Assembly: GCA_963539345.1 (NCBI GenBank)
Contig: CAUTLS010000001.1
Span: forward strand, 1 to 58,326
Length of the DNA stretch: 58,326 nt
From: an uncultured Candidatus Saccharibacteria bacterium
GTDB taxonomy: Bacteria > Patescibacteriota > Saccharimonadia > Saccharimonadales > Saccharimonadaceae
Reading direction: 5' to 3'
A program made the position numbers and the translations under genes. The notes under the pieces are model-generated. The model had not been told where the DNA came from. It searched no databases and saw only the letters and a program-made list of their open reading frames with translations. This document shows, in pieces, positions 40,140-49,820 of the stretch (position 1 is the stretch's first letter; every line of letters starts with the position of its first letter).

Positions 40140-40157
40140 AAAAAACTCCTTTTACCT

Positions 40158-40484
40158 TTATTTCAAAATTTGCTCAAAGACCCAGTTAAATCCAGCGTCA
40201 AGTAATAAAATCAATGTGGTAAGCAGCAACGTAAAGCCAATCACGGTGCCAGTCATGATCCAGGTGTTGGCGCGGGTTGGCCAACGAACGAGCTTCAGCT
40301 CGGCCCACGCTCCCTTGAAATAACCAACAAATGAGTCGCGCATGCCTGAATCTGCTCCGGCCTTTTGAGTGACGCGTGCTGGTTTGGTGGTTGATTTCTT
40401 TTTGATGGTTTTTTTAGGGGAATCATCCGTTGCCTTGATGCGGCGTACGGTGGTTTTCCCTGTCTGCTTACCCTTTTCTGCCAT
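40158..40484 (-). CDS. secE: Preprotein translocase SecE
   Basis: ELKLVRWPT + TM helix; upstream of nusG. Confidence 0.93.
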   Translation of the reverse strand: MAEKGKQTGKTTVRRIKATDDSPKKTIKKKSTTKPARVTQKAGADSGMRDSFVGYFKGAWAELKLVRWPTRANTWIMTGTVIGFTLLLTTLILLLDAGFNWVFEQILK

Positions 40485-40574
40485 GTGTTTCTCCCAAATT
40501 AAAAAGTCTGTTTTTCACAGACTGTCAAGTATAGCTTAGCACAAAAAATGCATGCATTGCAAGTGTGAGCGGTA

Positions 40575-41786
40575 TTATCGCTTTTTGGCGGGCTTTGCCG
40601 GTGGCAGGCTGAAGCTGAAGGTTGATCCGTGATTGAGGCGACTTTCGAGTTTGATGGTGCAGCCGAGTTTGCGGGCTAGTTTGGCTGCTACGTACAGCCC
40701 CAGTCCAGTGCCACTGGTTTCGCGGGTGCGGTAATCTTCGGCGCGGAAGAAACGGTCAAAGATTTTTTTCTGATCACTGCGCCCGATGCCGATGCCGGTG
40801 TCCTTGACGCCAAAGTAGACTTTGCCGCCGCTGCGTTTCATGATGAGGGTGACTGAACCTTTTTGGGTGTATTTGATGGCGTTGGTGATGAAATTTTGCA
40901 ATAATTCTTCAAGATATAGCCGAGACACATTGACATTGCCGACGCCTGCTCTGACGTCCAGGTTGAATGCTAATTTTTTCTCTGTGGCTTGCGGCTCGTA
41001 TTCGTGGCGGAGCTTCTCGGCTAGTTCAGTGACGTTAATGAGCTCTGATTCATCAGCAATACCACGCTCCGCGCGAGACAGCGTGCTGAGGTCGTTGACG
41101 ATGCGTGCCAGGAACATGATTTGTTTGTGAGCTTCGGCAAGCGAATCGTCTAATTTGTCGGTCATGCCGCGGTGCATCATGAGCTGGACGTTGGAGAGTG
41201 AGGCTTCGGCGATGGTGATGGGGGTGCGTAGTTCGTGGCTGATCACACTGATGAATTCATCGCGCTCTTCCTCTAGACTTTTGACTCGAGTGATGTCGCG
41301 CAAAATGAGGACGTAGCCGTCCGAAGTGAGTGTGTCGCTGCCGCCCTGTACTGGCGCAAAAGTGGCTGACAAGCGCACGCGGTCACCGCCCTCAAGGGGC
41401 ATGATGATGTCGTCGCGGGTACGAATGGCTGGCGATTTTCGCAACTCTTTAAATACAGGAACTGGCTGTTTGTCGTTGGTTTCAAAATTTAATAACTCAT
41501 CAATGTGTACGCCTTGGATGCTGGCGTTGGTGTCAAGTAGACTCAAAGCGGCGGCGTTGTAGAGGCCGATGATGCCGTGGGCGTCCATGCTGATGATGGC
41601 GTCGGTGAGGTTGTTGACTAGTGTCAATACGCGGTCGCGTTCCAGCCGTTCACGGGAGCGACTACGTCGTAGCTCTTGGCGTGACTGGTGTCGTCCACGA
41701 TAGGCGATGACGACGACTGCTAGAAACATCAGCCATGATATGACAAGCAAGATGATGATGGCATAGATAAGATTCCCTCCCTGCAT
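40575..41786 (-). CDS. PAS-domain histidine kinase (orphan)
   Basis: N-terminal TM, PAS, SHELRTP, NFITNAIKY, DTGIG, GTGLGL. Confidence 0.92.
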   Translation of the reverse strand: MQGGNLIYAIIILLVISWLMFLAVVVIAYRGRHQSRQELRRSRSRERLERDRVLTLVNNLTDAIISMDAHGIIGLYNAAALSLLDTNASIQGVHIDELLNFETNDKQPVPVFKELRKSPAIRTRDDIIMPLEGGDRVRLSATFAPVQGGSDTLTSDGYVLILRDITRVKSLEEERDEFISVISHELRTPITIAEASLSNVQLMMHRGMTDKLDDSLAEAHKQIMFLARIVNDLSTLSRAERGIADESELINVTELAEKLRHEYEPQATEKKLAFNLDVRAGVGNVNVSRLYLEELLQNFITNAIKYTQKGSVTLIMKRSGGKVYFGVKDTGIGIGRSDQKKIFDRFFRAEDYRTRETSGTGLGLYVAAKLARKLGCTIKLESRLNHGSTFSFSLPPAKPAKKR

Positions 41787-41808
41787 ATGTACCAGTATAC
41801 CATAAGCA

Positions 41809-42495
41809 TTATACGTGTGGAGTGTATTTTTTCAGGGCGGTGCGATGTTGTTTATAGCGTGGATTGATGGCGGCAACTTCGCACCAAAATGCTTGCGAAT
41901 GGTTCATCTGGCGCGTGTGGCACAGTTCATGGATGAGGACGTAGTCTAATAGCTCAAACGGTATATTCATGAGGGCGATGTTTAGGCTGATGGTGCCGTT
42001 TGAGGAACAACTGCCCCAGCGACTGGACGAGTGCGTGAGTCGAGTTTTGTCGTAATGAAAGTCGTATTGCTCTGCTAAGAATTTGAGGCGGCGTGGCAAA
42101 TAGCTTTTGGCTTCTTTGCGCAGAGCTTTGACGACATGGTCACGAATGGATTGTTGAAAGATGGGGTCAGCGAAATCTTGGTCGTCTCTTGCGCTGATGA
42201 TGATGCTGGTGCCGACAGTTTTGACGGCGGGTTCTCCCTGTTCCATCAACAAATTGTGACTTTTGCCGATTTGCTGAGGCGTGCTGTATGGAAAGTCGCC
42301 TTGCTGCTCGGCGATGAGTTTTTGAATGCTGCGACGTGACCGTTTAATGAGTAGTTTGGCGGAAGCTAGTGGCGCGTGAAGCGGCATGGTGATGCGGATG
42401 CGACCGTTGGGAGCAATGCGCAAACTGACGTGACTGGCTAGTGCGCGCCTGGTGACAGTGATTTCGCCAAATTCAGAATCAGTGATGGTTGGCAT
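41809..42495 (-). CDS. YgjP/DUF45-like metallopeptidase-fold protein
   Basis: SRWGSCS, DYVLIHELCH, NHSQAFW. Confidence 0.88.
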   Translation of the reverse strand: MPTITDSEFGEITVTRRALASHVSLRIAPNGRIRITMPLHAPLASAKLLIKRSRRSIQKLIAEQQGDFPYSTPQQIGKSHNLLMEQGEPAVKTVGTSIIISARDDQDFADPIFQQSIRDHVVKALRKEAKSYLPRRLKFLAEQYDFHYDKTRLTHSSSRWGSCSSNGTISLNIALMNIPFELLDYVLIHELCHTRQMNHSQAFWCEVAAINPRYKQHRTALKKYTPHV

Positions 42496-42506
42496 TGAGC
42501 CCTCGT

Positions 42507-43061
42507 TTATCCAACTCGACCGCGTCCGCCGATGAATCGTGGCTGAGTGCGTATGGAAGCAGCTGGACGGGTGGCGTCGCTGAGTTTTTTCAAAAGCGTT
42601 TTTGCCTGTGTGTTGTAAGTGTGGCGGCCGCTGATAACCATGTATGGCTCACTGGCGTGTGGTGGCGAGAAGGTTCGTAATTTCTGTTCAAATAGGGCCT
42701 CATCGCCGTTGTGCGAGCGTAGCCACCTGGCTCTGGACATAGAAGGATCGGTCTGCACCCACACGAACAGTGGTTTAAATCCAGCTTCACGAGCGACTTT
42801 GGCGATGTCGGAACGCCAAGCGCGCTTTTCGGTGTTACCATCAAAGATGATCGTCTGTTTGGGCTTGAGTAATTCTCGAAGCAAATCGATTGCAGCTTTG
42901 TGAATCAGTGTGTCATCGCTTGATAATTCTCGCAGCGTATCACTGCTTAAAATTGGCGCATTGAACATTTTGGCAAATTCAGTCGCAAACTGTGTTTTTC
43001 CCGCCCCCGGTGCGCCGACCATGATAATCAAGTGCGGCGAAGATAACTGCAATGGTTTCAT
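42507..43061 (-). CDS. P-loop kinase (AAA_33-like)
   Basis: GAPGAGKT, IIFDG. Confidence 0.75.
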   Translation of the reverse strand: MKPLQLSSPHLIIMVGAPGAGKTQFATEFAKMFNAPILSSDTLRELSSDDTLIHKAAIDLLRELLKPKQTIIFDGNTEKRAWRSDIAKVAREAGFKPLFVWVQTDPSMSRARWLRSHNGDEALFEQKLRTFSPPHASEPYMVISGRHTYNTQAKTLLKKLSDATRPAASIRTQPRFIGGRGRVG

Positions 43062-43129
43062 GAAATCAGTATACCATACGCCTGGTTAGAAAAAAACAGA
43101 GGGAAAACCTCTGCTATTTCACGGCTCTA

Positions 43130-43205
43130 TGGCAGGGGAGACAGGACTCGAACCTGCGACACCCGGTTTTGGAGACCGGTGCTCTACCAACTGAGCTACT
43201 CCCCT
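43130..43205 (-). tRNA. tRNA-Trp(CCA)
   Basis: Reverse complement AGGGGAGTAGCTCAG...CTCCAAA...GTTCGAGTC...GCCA. Confidence 0.95.
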
Positions 43206-43362
43206 GTGTCTTGGCGTTATTTTACATGATTTTTTTGTCTTCGGCAACTCATTTTGGGTGATTTGAAGAGGCTATCTGACAGGTCGTGGCGTGAAATACT
43301 CCTGAAAAACCGTGAAAAACTATTGAAAAAACATAAGCATCGTTTTATGATAAATAGTAGGT

Positions 43363-44574
43363 ATGAAAATATTGATGCTTGGGTGGGAATTACCTCCGCA
43401 TAATAGCGGGGGTTTAGGCGTCGCTTGTTATCAGATGTCACGGGCACTAGCTGACTGTGGTGTGGATATTGATTTTGTTGTGCCCTACTCTGCCGAGCAT
43501 CCGAACATTGACTTCATGAATGTACACGCGGCAACGCACTTGGAGGCGTCAAAAGACGGCTTTGGTGCCTATGATGATTTGGGCACTTCGGACAAACAAG
43601 CGCATGATTGCGGGCTGGGCGGTATGCGGGCGGTGCAGCGACGATATAACTGCTTTGTGAAAGAATTTGTCAAACAGCATCCTCCAGACGCTATTCACGC
43701 TCACGACTGGTTAACCATGGAAGCGGGCATCATTGCTAAGCAACAGTGTAATGCACCGCTGATCGTGCATGTGCACGCGACTGAATTTGACCGTTCTGGT
43801 GAGAATGAAGGCAATCCATTGGTACATGAAATCGAGCAGCAAGGGTTGTTGATGGCTGACCGAATTATTGCGGTGAGCCACATCACCAAAGATATCATTG
43901 TCAAGAATTATCACATTCCACCAGAGAAAATCGAAGTTGTCTACAATGCCATTGACCTGGATGAACTGCCACCACACGAATACGACCAAGGCACCTATCA
44001 ATACTTGGAAGACCTGAAAAAAGAAGGCTATATCATCGTTGGCGCATTGACCAGGTTGACAGTGCAAAAAGGCTTGACCTATCTCATTCGGGCGGTGGCT
44101 GAGGCCATCAACCAGCACCAAAAAATTGCATTGCTGCTGAGCGGTAGTGGTGAGCAGCGCGACGAACTGGTTGCTTTGGCGGCGCACCTGGGCATTAGTG
44201 ACAAAGTGGTGTTTACGGGTTTTGTGCGCGGTCGGCAGTGGCGCGATGCTTACCATCTGATCGACGTATTTGTCATGAGTTCGGTATCAGAGCCATTTGG
44301 ACTGACGGCGCTGGAAGCGGCGCATCATGACACAGCACTACTCATCAGTCGCCAGTCTGGTGTCGGCGAAGTACTTCATAATATTTTACGATTTGACTAT
44401 TGGGATACTAACAAATTGGCGCGACAAATCGTCATGTTGGCACGCTCACCTGCTCTTTTGGAGATTCTCAAGGAAGATGTCAAAACAGAATATGCCCAAC
44501 TGTCCTGGCATGACGCGGCTCAGCATTGTTTGAAATTGTACGAGCAGGCTCGAACAAAAGGCGGTGGTGTATGA
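43363..44574 (+). CDS. GT4 glycosyltransferase (glycogen/alpha-glucan synthase-like)
   Basis: GWELPPHNSGGLG, HAHDW, EPFGLTALEA. Confidence 0.9.
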   Translation: MKILMLGWELPPHNSGGLGVACYQMSRALADCGVDIDFVVPYSAEHPNIDFMNVHAATHLEASKDGFGAYDDLGTSDKQAHDCGLGGMRAVQRRYNCFVKEFVKQHPPDAIHAHDWLTMEAGIIAKQQCNAPLIVHVHATEFDRSGENEGNPLVHEIEQQGLLMADRIIAVSHITKDIIVKNYHIPPEKIEVVYNAIDLDELPPHEYDQGTYQYLEDLKKEGYIIVGALTRLTVQKGLTYLIRAVAEAINQHQKIALLLSGSGEQRDELVALAAHLGISDKVVFTGFVRGRQWRDAYHLIDVFVMSSVSEPFGLTALEAAHHDTALLISRQSGVGEVLHNILRFDYWDTNKLARQIVMLARSPALLEILKEDVKTEYAQLSWHDAAQHCLKLYEQARTKGGGV

Positions 44575-45767
44575 GCCGTCCAGCGATTACCCTGTACCTG
44601 CACGCCCACCAGCCATGGCGCGTCCGCAGCTATGGTGCGCTTGACACTGCCAACCGTCATGATTATTTCAGCGGTGACGGCGACCAAGACAATAAAGAGA
44701 TCTTTCTCAAAGTGGCAAACAAATCGTACCGACCGATGAACGCGCTGCTGGAAAAGCTGCTATATGAACATCCAGGGTTTTGCCTGTCACTGAGTTTGTC
44801 TGGCGTGTTTTTGGAGCAAGCTGAGCAATTCGCGCCAGATGTGATTGAGAGTTTTCAGCGACTAGTGAAAACAGGACGCGTGGAGCTATTGGCTAGCCCC
44901 TACCATCACAGCCTGGCCTTTTTCTACGATCAGTCTGAATTTGAGAAGCAGGTCGCTCTGCACGCTGAAAAAATCAAACAGCTATTTGGCGTTTCGCCCA
45001 ACGTTTTGGCAAACACGGAGTTGGCATACAATGATGAGCTTGGGGCCTGGGCAGAAGCACACGGGTATGACGGTGTGCTGGCTGAAGGCTGGGACAAAGT
45101 ACTGGGTTGGCGCAGCCCAAATTATGTCTATCAACCAAAAGGCGCCACACACACAAGGTTACTCCTAAAGAACTATCGATTGAGTGACGACATCGCCTTT
45201 CGTTTTAGTAACAAAAGATGGAGCGGTTGGCCACTGACGGCTGAAACCTACAGCTCATGGCTCACAGCATCGGGCGGTCCATTGGTCAACTTGTTCATGG
45301 ACTATGAAACGTTTGGTGAGCATCAGTGGAAAGAACACGGCATTTTCACCTTCTTTGAGCGGTTTGTTGGGAAATGGATAACAGCTGGCGGTCAGTTTAA
45401 TACGGTGTCGCAAGCTCTATCGAACGCACCAGTCGGAGACGTGAGTATGCCGGAAACTATCACTTGGGCCGACAGCGAGAGAGATTTGACGGCGTGGAAT
45501 GGCAATGCTTTGCAACAAGAAGCTCTGCGCTATCTGTATCAGCTGGCGCCGCGAGTACTGGCGTCTGGCGATTCTCAATTGATTAGCGACTGGCGTAATT
45601 TGCAAACCTCTGATCACTACTACTATATGTGCACCAAGTGGTCGTCTGATGGCGATGTTCACGCCTATTTCAGCCCGTATAGCTCACCATATGAAGCTTC
45701 GTTGTATGTGATGAATGCCTTGCGGGATATCTATTGGCGCTCGAGGCATGCTCGCCCAATAACATAA
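44571..45767 (+). CDS. GH57 alpha-amylase family
   Basis: HAHQP, NTELAY, DYETFGEHQW, QTSDHYYYM; ATGA overlap with the GT4 gene. Confidence 0.9.
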   Translation: MSRPAITLYLHAHQPWRVRSYGALDTANRHDYFSGDGDQDNKEIFLKVANKSYRPMNALLEKLLYEHPGFCLSLSLSGVFLEQAEQFAPDVIESFQRLVKTGRVELLASPYHHSLAFFYDQSEFEKQVALHAEKIKQLFGVSPNVLANTELAYNDELGAWAEAHGYDGVLAEGWDKVLGWRSPNYVYQPKGATHTRLLLKNYRLSDDIAFRFSNKRWSGWPLTAETYSSWLTASGGPLVNLFMDYETFGEHQWKEHGIFTFFERFVGKWITAGGQFNTVSQALSNAPVGDVSMPETITWADSERDLTAWNGNALQQEALRYLYQLAPRVLASGDSQLISDWRNLQTSDHYYYMCTKWSSDGDVHAYFSPYSSPYEASLYVMNALRDIYWRSRHARPIT

Positions 45768-45815
45768 AACCCACGGTTATATACGTGGGTTTTTAATGAT
45801 ATGCGCGATAAGAAA

Positions 45816-46034
45816 CTAGCTTTTACGAGCTTTAACTTCGTTGCGACCAAGATTTTTCTTGGTTTCGGTATAGGTTGCGTGCTGACGAGCGATTGGGTCG
45901 TATTTACGCAGCGTCAACCTACCTTGACCTTTGGTAGTGCGGTTCTGTGTATTGATTGTCGTGTAATAAGTTCGGTGCTTGCTTTTGTTGCTCACCAAAG
46001 CGATCAACTTGCGTTTCGTATTCTTCTTTGCCAT
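45816..46034 (-). CDS. rpmG: 50S ribosomal protein L33 (Cys-free type)
   Basis: YYTT, LRKYDP...H. Confidence 0.88.
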   Translation of the reverse strand: MAKKNTKRKLIALVSNKSKHRTYYTTINTQNRTTKGQGRLTLRKYDPIARQHATYTETKKNLGRNEVKARKS

Positions 46035-46209
46035 AGTTTCCCTTTAACAATTTGTACTTAAACTTCGATTATACAATATAACAGATTATGCAAATTAGTT
46101 CAAGCAATTATCAAATGTTCATTCATTGTGCTTCTGTAAAATATATGATACGGTAGTAATAGTAAGATATAACGCATCAGGTGGAGATGATGCAGTAAGG
46201 AGTGAGGGT

Positions 46210-47778
46210 ATGGCTAGACAGTCGTGGAAAACATATATAGCTCGCTTGAAGCAAGCAGTGACGACATCAAAACAGGCAACCGTAAAACATTTGGGCATCG
46301 GTATGATGGTGATGGCTATGGTGCTGCAGTCGGTAGTCTTCTTCCAGGATTATGCGCAAGCCGCATCAGACGACATGATCCAAGGCGGTGTCGGCAGCAA
46401 AGAAGCAATTTTGGCGCATTATGACAAAAATACCAACAATTTCCGCGACGTACTAACCTACAATGGCATCACCAGAGCAGAATTGGCGAATATTTCTAGC
46501 ACCAAGGTGCGTTATGAGGTTGACTCCTCTGCTCAGTCATGGGGTTGGACTTCACGGTTTTCTGAGGCTCAGGGTCAAAAAGCCCACACGGTTGCCGGAC
46601 GTACCATTTACTCCCGTCCGCAGAAGTTATGGGACAGTAGTTGGTACATGGGCTGGGAGGGCAGCTCAGCTATTCGAGGTAAATTCCGCATCATGTCTTC
46701 TTGCGGTAACTTGTTGACCTATAGCGTGCCACAGGCTGTTCCGGTGACACCAACACCGCAGCCGCAGCCAAAACCAGAGCCTAAGCCACAGCCAGTTGCT
46801 ACTTGTGACAGCTTGACCATCACTCAACTGTCACGCAACCGCTATCACATGAGTGCCAAGGCGTCAGCCAAAAATGGTGCCACCATCCAATCCATTTACA
46901 TCAGAGTGTATGACCCATCAGGCAAACTTGTTGACGCTGGTGGTGTGACCGGTGACCAAACTGGTATGGGTGTTGAACTCAAGACGCCAGGTACATACAA
47001 AGTTCAAGCAACAGCAGTTACCAGTATTGGCGAAGTAACCAGCCCTAATTGTACGGGTAGCTTTACCATTACTGAGGAAACCAAGCCAGAAGAACCAAAG
47101 CCGTCAGTCAGTATCACCAAAACAGTTAACAAACAAGAGCATGTCAAAGTGGCAGTCAACAGTGATTTCACCTATGAAATTACCGTCAAAAACACTGGCA
47201 AAACAGATCTGAAAGATGTTGTCGTCAGTGACACTGCACCAAAAGAAGTGACTCTGTCAAACAGCAGTGCCGGTAAGGTTGATGGTGCTAAGTGGACACA
47301 CACTATCGCTAACTTGCCTGCTGGTCAGTCGCAGACCTTCTCATTGACCGCTAAGTACGCGAAGTTCGTTGAGGGCAAGCACAAGAACACTGCTTGTGTC
47401 GACACGCCGACCATCACTGGTTCTCCAGATGCTTGTGACGACGCAACGACCGAAACCTACACAGTAACGACACCACTGGTAAGTCCACCAACTCAGCCAA
47501 CGCCAAATGAGCCAAATAAGCCAACGCAGCCGACACCTACGCCATCAGTACCGAATGAGCCAAATAAGCCAGCGCCGACTGAGCCGACGACACCACCAAC
47601 CACCAATCAAACAACACCTCCTGCTATCACACCGCAGCCCCAGCCAACTCCTACTGCGCCAACCACTAAGGAATTGCCTCTCACTGGTACTCTGAACACC
47701 GCTAGCGGCATCCTGGGACTTGGTGGACTAGTGAGCGTAACATGCGCTTATGTGATGAGCCGTCGCAGCTTGCGCTAA
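46210..47778 (+). CDS. Sortase-type (LPLTG) surface protein with DUF11-like domain
   Basis: Signal/TM; ITKTV...FTYEITVKNTG...VSD; P/T stalk with AATGAGCCAAATAAGCCA repeated twice; LPLTG + TM + RR. Confidence 0.85.
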   Translation: MARQSWKTYIARLKQAVTTSKQATVKHLGIGMMVMAMVLQSVVFFQDYAQAASDDMIQGGVGSKEAILAHYDKNTNNFRDVLTYNGITRAELANISSTKVRYEVDSSAQSWGWTSRFSEAQGQKAHTVAGRTIYSRPQKLWDSSWYMGWEGSSAIRGKFRIMSSCGNLLTYSVPQAVPVTPTPQPQPKPEPKPQPVATCDSLTITQLSRNRYHMSAKASAKNGATIQSIYIRVYDPSGKLVDAGGVTGDQTGMGVELKTPGTYKVQATAVTSIGEVTSPNCTGSFTITEETKPEEPKPSVSITKTVNKQEHVKVAVNSDFTYEITVKNTGKTDLKDVVVSDTAPKEVTLSNSSAGKVDGAKWTHTIANLPAGQSQTFSLTAKYAKFVEGKHKNTACVDTPTITGSPDACDDATTETYTVTTPLVSPPTQPTPNEPNKPTQPTPTPSVPNEPNKPAPTEPTTPPTTNQTTPPAITPQPQPTPTAPTTKELPLTGTLNTASGILGLGGLVSVTCAYVMSRRSLR

Positions 47779-47799
47779 GCCACAGATAACAATAAACAC

Positions 47800-47835
47800 G
47801 ATAAATCCGCGCCACAGAACTGGCGCGGATTTATT
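47800..47835. terminator. Bidirectional terminator
   Basis: ATAAATCCGCGCCA/TGGCGCGGATTTAT. Confidence 0.8.
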
Positions 47836-47849
47836 GTTGTTGGTCGGAT

Positions 47850-48344
47850 TTACCGATAGTTACCAAAGCTTAACGGAAAATCAAAATCTGCTTGATTGAG
47901 CGTCGCCATGACGGATTGTAGCTCATCTTTGCTGTTTGAGGTGCAGCGTACGCTATCGCCTTGAATCTGGGTTTTTACCTTGGGATGTGCTTCTTTCAGA
48001 AGCTTGGTGATCTTTTTGGCGTTTTCTTGGCTGAGACCGTCTTTGAACGGTATATCTTGCCAGGCGCGCATATTGGCGGCATTGTGCGCCCCGCCAAGGT
48101 CGAGCACCTTGCTGGTCATGTTGCGTTTGGCGAGCTGCCGACCGATCATATCGATGATTGATTGTACCTGAAACTCATCTGCGCCGATGACTTTGAAGCC
48201 CTTTTTGTCTGGCAGCCACTCGACATCAGCTGGCGTCCCCTTAAAATCAAAACGGTTGGCAATTTCCCGCACCACCAATTGATGAACGTTATTCATCTCT
48301 GGTTTGTTAAATGTGCTTTCTATATCAAAACTAAATTGAGCCAT
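47850..48344 (-). CDS. yajQ: YajQ family protein
   Basis: SFDI, RFDFKG, QIQGDSVR, DELQ, FGNYR. Confidence 0.92.
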   Translation of the reverse strand: MAQFSFDIESTFNKPEMNNVHQLVVREIANRFDFKGTPADVEWLPDKKGFKVIGADEFQVQSIIDMIGRQLAKRNMTSKVLDLGGAHNAANMRAWQDIPFKDGLSQENAKKITKLLKEAHPKVKTQIQGDSVRCTSNSKDELQSVMATLNQADFDFPLSFGNYR

Positions 48345-48420
48345 AATTCCTCCTGATAATTATTATAGCAAACGCTTTTCACCGAGAGGATAATTTGGTA
48401 TAATCAGCTGTGAGTATGAC

Positions 48421-48496
48421 GCCGCGATAGCTCAGTTGGTAGAGCGCATCCATGGTAAGGATGAGGTCTCGGGTTCAAGCCCCGATCGTGGCTCCA
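48421..48496 (+). tRNA. tRNA-Thr(GGU)
   Basis: Cloverleaf; CATCC-ATGGTAA-GGATG; CCA end. Confidence 0.95.
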
Positions 48497-48558
48497 TGTT
48501 GATTTTATAGAAAAGGCCGCTACGTGAGCGACCTTTTTAGTTTGCAATATATACGAGC

Positions 48559-48843
48559 TTATTTTTGGTTTCGTTTGGTTACCTTTTTGGCTTCGTGCTT
48601 TGGTACGATTGGCGCGATGAATGCGTCGAGTAGCGCCCAGACGATGCCGTTGAAGATGTATACGACGGCGGTAAAGGCAGCGATGAGCATCAGTACCCGT
48701 CCAAAATCACTATTTAACAGAGACAAAAAGCCTGCTACTACTGCCAGTGAGATGATGATCAAGAAATACGCCTGTTGTAGCTTGGTACGCTGGTTTTTGT
48801 TGCTATTCCATTCGGTCAGAAATTGTTTGAATAATAAGAACAT
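48559..48843 (-). CDS. Small 2-TM membrane protein
   Basis: Two hydrophobic helices; TGCTATAAT 6 nt upstream. Confidence 0.7.
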   Translation of the reverse strand: MFLLFKQFLTEWNSNKNQRTKLQQAYFLIIISLAVVAGFLSLLNSDFGRVLMLIAAFTAVVYIFNGIVWALLDAFIAPIVPKHEAKKVTKRNQK

Positions 48844-48935
48844 AGCTAGATTATAGCATGTATGTTGTGTTTAGTCAATGGGTGGCTGGAGCCATGGGTA
48901 ATCAAAAACCGCCTCATGGCGAGACGGTGTTTGAT

Positions 48936-49020
48936 TGGTACCGGAAGTAGGACTCGAACCTACGAAGCCTTACGGCGGGAGATTTACAGTCTCCTGTGAT
49001 TGCCACTACACGATTCCAGC
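48936..49020 (-). tRNA. tRNA-Tyr(GUA)
   Basis: Reverse complement has GGAGA-CTGTAAA-TCTCC, long variable arm, CCA. Confidence 0.93.
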
Positions 49021-49026
49021 TTGATG

Positions 49027-49103
49027 TGGAGCCGCTTCTCGGGCTCGAACCGAGGACCTACGGTTTACAAAACCGTTGCTCTAGCCAGCTGAGCTAAAGC
49101 GGC
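49027..49103 (-). tRNA. tRNA-Thr(UGU)
   Basis: Reverse complement has ACGGT-TTTGTAA-ACCGT, CCA. Confidence 0.95.
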
Positions 49104-49141
49104 ACTGCTGTGATTATAGCAAAAAAAAATAGGCTAAGCAA

Positions 49142-49810
49142 CTACATTACCAACTTTTTGGGCTGTTTTGGTTGACGGCGCTGACGCGGTACGGCACCGT
49201 GACTGTCTGGAACTAACATGGCGGCAGCTTTTTTGCGTAGTCCAGAGGCCAGCTCTGCTTGCCCGTTGTTGTCGTAAGCTTCAGCCAGAACGGTGAGCGT
49301 CTGTGGAATTGGGTCAAGTTCGACTGCTTTTTCTAGTGCAGCGATCATCTTTTTGCCATTGCCCATTTTCTCTTGGACTTTGGCGTAGGCGATGTAGCGC
49401 GCTGCCAAATCATCCTCCATCTCGAGGGCTTGCTCGAAGGCTAGCGCTGCTTTAGGATAGTTCTTCGTTTCGTAATAAATCAAACCGACATTGTGCAGGC
49501 TGGAAGCGCTTGGTTCTAAACTCTGAGCGATTTCGAAACATTCAATAGCGTCTTTGTAGGCCTGCTGTTTGGCATACAAAATACCCAGGCGGTTGTATGC
49601 GGTGGCGTTTTTCTCATCGACACGCAAAATTGTCAACAGGGCCTTCTCTGCCCTGAGGTATTTGTTGTCGCGAATTGATTCTTGCGCAATAGCCCACAAC
49701 TGATCTAATTTTTCAGAAATCTTGGCTGGAAAATCTGCAGAATTTTCTTCGGAAGGTTTGTAGGTGATTGCCCAAATGATAATTGCTAAAATGAATATCA
49801 GACTTAACAT
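49142..49810 (-). CDS. Membrane-anchored TPR protein
   Basis: N-terminal TM; AYNRLGILY and LHNVGLIY repeats. Confidence 0.88.
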   Translation of the reverse strand: MLSLIFILAIIIWAITYKPSEENSADFPAKISEKLDQLWAIAQESIRDNKYLRAEKALLTILRVDEKNATAYNRLGILYAKQQAYKDAIECFEIAQSLEPSASSLHNVGLIYYETKNYPKAALAFEQALEMEDDLAARYIAYAKVQEKMGNGKKMIAALEKAVELDPIPQTLTVLAEAYDNNGQAELASGLRKKAAAMLVPDSHGAVPRQRRQPKQPKKLVM

Positions 49811-49820
49811 ATCTGCTTAA

